Assembly (NCBI GenBank): GCA_963792965.1
Contig: CAWBYW010000007.1
Coordinates: forward strand, 640,001-704,000
Direction of reading: 5' to 3'
Length of the DNA stretch: 64,000 nt
Source of the DNA: an uncultured delta proteobacterium
GTDB lineage: Bacteria; Desulfobacterota; Zymogenia; Zymogenales; Zymogenaceae
Below the pieces are notes generated by a model. It worked only from the letters and a program-made list of their open reading frames with translations. It did not search any database and was not told the origin of the DNA. The number at the start of each line of letters is the position of its first letter. Positions within the stretch are counted from its first letter, which is position 1. A program made the translations under genes and the position numbers. Below, piece by piece: positions 61,208 through 64,000 of this stretch.

Positions 61208-62245
61208 TCAGGGGAAGAGGGGCGGTGCCGTAAGCCCGGTTGTTTCGGGGATATTCAAGAGGATATTCATGTTTTGTATCGCCTGCCCCGCGGCGCCTTT
61301 GATCAGGTTGTCGATCGCGGTGATGACGATGAGCTTTCCCGTATCGGGAAAAGAACAGACCCCGATATCGATGAAGTTGGATCCCCTCACCCATGCGGTG
61401 TCGGGGAATATCCCCTCGGGGAGAAGTCTGACGAAGGGCTCCTTCCCGTAGTGGCGGCCGAAGAGTTCCCTTATTTCCCCGGTCGCACACCTTTTCTTCG
61501 TTTCGGCATAGATCGTCGTCAGTATGCCCCGATTAATGGGGAGCAGATGTGGGGTGAAGACGACCCTGATGTTCGATCGGGCCGCCTCGGAGAGCTTCTC
61601 CTCGATCTCCGGGCCATGGCGGTGACTGCCGACCTTATAGGCGTGGAATCCCTCGCTGATCTCGGTATAGAGCGTTGAAAGCGAAGGGCCTCTCCCCGCC
61701 CCGGAGACGCCGGACTTCGAATCGATGATGATCCTCCCGGTATCGATTGACCCTTCCCTGAGGAGGGGAACCAGGCCGAGGATGGCGCCGGTCGGATAGC
61801 AGCCCGGGTTTCCCACGATCTTCTTCTTCGCGATTGATTCCCGGTAGACCTCCGGCAGGCCGTAAGCCGCATCCGTCAGCATAGAGGGCCGTGTGTGCGC
61901 TGAATAGGCGGCCCTGTAGGTTGCTTCGCTCTTGAATCGAAAATCGGCGCTGAGGTCGACAACCGGGATGCCCGCGCGCGAGAGCTCGTATACCGCTTCC
62001 GTCGCGGCCTGATGTGGCAACGCCGTGAAGGCCCCGTCCACCCGATCCCGGATCGCCGGGTAATCGGGAGGCACGAACGTGAGGTCACTGTACCCCGCAA
62101 GATGCGGGAAGACCTCACCAAGCCGTTTTCCCTGGTGTTCCCGCGAAGTAATGACCGAGACCGTCATATCGGGGTGCGAGGAAAGGATACGCACCAGTTC
62201 GCCTCCCGTGTAGCCGCTTGCCCCTATGATTGCGATCTTCTTCAT
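61208..62245 (-). CDS. argC: N-acetyl-gamma-glutamyl-phosphate reductase
   Basis: GASGYTG, DLSADFR, NPGCYPT, SGVSGAG, DNLIKGAAGQA. Confidence 0.96.
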   Translation of the reverse strand: MKKIAIIGASGYTGGELVRILSSHPDMTVSVITSREHQGKRLGEVFPHLAGYSDLTFVPPDYPAIRDRVDGAFTALPHQAATEAVYELSRAGIPVVDLSADFRFKSEATYRAAYSAHTRPSMLTDAAYGLPEVYRESIAKKKIVGNPGCYPTGAILGLVPLLREGSIDTGRIIIDSKSGVSGAGRGPSLSTLYTEISEGFHAYKVGSHRHGPEIEEKLSEAARSNIRVVFTPHLLPINRGILTTIYAETKKRCATGEIRELFGRHYGKEPFVRLLPEGIFPDTAWVRGSNFIDIGVCSFPDTGKLIVITAIDNLIKGAAGQAIQNMNILLNIPETTGLTAPPLFP

Positions 62246-62494
62246 TGGACTTCATGTAAACGGAGAGTTGGAGCATAGTACCCGGCCCTCTCCGGTGGGT
62301 GAGGAGATGATTATCGTAAAATGGGTGAGCACCCGATAGGGATGAGACGCTCTTTGACTAAGCGATGAGCCCGCGTCGATTCGCGCATATAAGAAAACAG
62401 GCCGTCTCCTCCCCATGACGGACGGACACGGCCCTCTCTCCGTTTGCCACTGATAGCAGCTCAGACAACCCCGTGAAACGACAAGACGCGATGA

Positions 62495-62896
62495 CTACCG
62501 CTTGGAGAACTGGAACCGGGCCCGTGCACCCCTCTGTCCGTATTTCTTTCGCTCCTTAATCCGGGAGTCACGCGTGATGAGGCCGGCCCTCTTCAGGACC
62601 TGACGGCATTCCGGGTCGTATTCAAGGAGGGCCTTACTGATCCCGTGTTTTATCGCTCCGGCCTGGCCGGCGATGCCACCCCCGGTGACATTAACGGTGA
62701 TGTCGAACTTATCAAGCGTCTTGGTCAGCTCGAGGGGTTGGTATATGACCATCTTGGCCGTCTCGCGGGAGAAGTATTCGCCGACGTCCTTGCTGTTGAC
62801 CATGATTCTTCCCATACCGGGTCTCATGAAGACCCTGGCGATGGAGGTCTTGCGTTTTCCCGTCGCGTAATATGTCGTTGTCGTTTCGTTTGCCAT
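62495..62896 (-). CDS. rpsI: 30S ribosomal protein S9
   Basis: [33 protein letters not shown]. Confidence 0.98.
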   Translation of the reverse strand: MANETTTTYYATGKRKTSIARVFMRPGMGRIMVNSKDVGEYFSRETAKMVIYQPLELTKTLDKFDITVNVTGGGIAGQAGAIKHGISKALLEYDPECRQVLKRAGLITRDSRIKERKKYGQRGARARFQFSKR

Positions 62897-62917
62897 TGAT
62901 AGGATTCCCTCTGCTTT

Positions 62918-63349
62918 TTAGTGGATGGTCAGGGTCTTCGGGTTCTGCGCCGCGTGCGGATGCTCCGGTCCCGCGTATATCTTGAGCTTCTTGATCATTT
63001 TGCGACCGAGCCGATTCTTCGGAAGCATGCCCGTTACGGCCCTGGCGATCACCTCTTGCGGTTTCTCTTTCAGGAGTTTTTCAGCGGTGGTCTCTTTCAG
63101 CCCTCCCGGATACCCCGAGTGCCGATAATATTTCTTGTCCTTGAGCTTCTTCCCGGTCAGCTTCACCTTATCGGCGTTGATCACGATGATAAAATCACCG
63201 GTATCCATATGTGGGGCGAAGATCGGTTTGTTCTTCCCCCGAAGGACCATGGAGATCTTGGTGGCAAGCCTTCCGAGGACCTTCCCTTTCGCGTCCACAA
63301 CATACCAGTTTTGAACGATATCTGATTCCTTCGCGATAAATGTCTTCAT
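62918..63349 (-). CDS. rplM: 50S ribosomal protein L13
   Basis: [30 protein letters not shown]. Confidence 0.98.
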   Translation of the reverse strand: MKTFIAKESDIVQNWYVVDAKGKVLGRLATKISMVLRGKNKPIFAPHMDTGDFIIVINADKVKLTGKKLKDKKYYRHSGYPGGLKETTAEKLLKEKPQEVIARAVTGMLPKNRLGRKMIKKLKIYAGPEHPHAAQNPKTLTIH

Positions 63350-63392
63350 GGCTCTTCTCGATTCGGATATGGTGTCAATGTCAAATTCTACT

Positions 63393-63421
63393 TTTATAAA
63401 ATATTTTCATGGGAATGTCAA
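63393..63421 (-). promoter_or_regulatory. rplM promoter
   Basis: TTGACA-N17-TATAAA on the minus strand. Confidence 0.65.
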
Positions 63422-63651
63422 GCTTTTTTTGTCTCGCTTAGGCGACGTGGCCGTGAGAATAATGTGACATCAATCTCCCCTCCCGGCGTGCTGGCATCCC
63501 TTTTTAGCCGCCCTATTTTCGCCCCATCCCATCGACCGTTGCGGTACGCTTGGACTCAGCTACGTCCAATCAATCGCTAAACAAGGACCCATGTCACTTC
63601 TCACGATCCGCGCGTCCTTTCGGAAGCGGCGGCTCGGACGATGTCACCGGC

Positions 63652-64000
63652 TTATTCCTTCGAGTTCGGGCCACGCTTCTGCTTTTCGTAATACTTCGGG
63701 TAATGTTTTTTGAGACAGTCGGAGCATATGCCGTGACTGAATCTCGCGTCCGAGTGCTCTTCGATATAGCTCTCCAGCTTCAGCCAGTAACCCTCGTCCG
63801 TACGAATCTTCCTGCAATATGAACATATCGGCAACAGGCCTTTCAGTGTCTTGATCTCGGCCAGCGCTCCTCTCAGCTCCTGTGTCAGTCTCTCCCTCTC
63901 CTCTTCCACCTGGCGGTGTTCCGTCACGTCGGTCAAAACACCCACTAAACCCGCCACTGAGCCGTCCTTATCGATGAAACAAGCCTTATGGAAGATGATG
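63652..64000 (-). CDS. C-terminus of a PAS-domain signalling protein (partial)
   Basis: PAC end (GVLTDVTE), coiled coil, LKGLLPICSYCRKIR..GYW...SHGICSDC tail. Confidence 0.8.
   Translation of the reverse strand, partial: IIFHKACFIDKDGSVAGLVGVLTDVTEHRQVEEERERLTQELRGALAEIKTLKGLLPICSYCRKIRTDEGYWLKLESYIEEHSDARFSHGICSDCLKKHYPKYYEKQKRGPNSKE

Noticed and set aside
1-64000. CRISPR arrays, tRNA/rRNA, transposases, prophage or defence genes
   Set aside because: No regularly spaced repeats or diagnostic motifs were seen by eye; short RNAs could have been missed.

Overview
A gene-dense, GC-rich bacterial chromosomal segment. Gene content and order suggest an anaerobic 'deltaproteobacterium' (inference). 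Core genes: rplM-rpsI-argC-mfd-3 PPIases-PBP1A. Accessory modules: a fatty-acid/enoyl-CoA operon with a phytoene-desaturase-family enzyme plus an FAD/2Fe-2S reductase; an amino-sugar operon (AAC(3)-like, SIS, MFS, GlcNAc kinase, ceramidase-like, nagA); a MoxR/VWA pair; a chrA-arsR-arsP-trx-DGC-fmdE-tauE-trx-arsF-arsG-acr3 metalloid island; an Rrf2 operon; mobA/mobB. The main result is two candidate selenoprotein genes that the ORF track misses. One is a secreted UshA-like protein with a CGU motif that abuts mobA. The other is an ArsN2-type acetyltransferase with TGA at the family's conserved Cys. Each TGA is followed by a SECIS-like hairpin with a GG-starting tetraloop. About a dozen genes, including housekeeping ones, carry single-base indels that look like long-read assembly errors. 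No rRNA, tRNA, CRISPR array or mobile element was recognised. Family assignments come from motif recognition by eye, not database searches.
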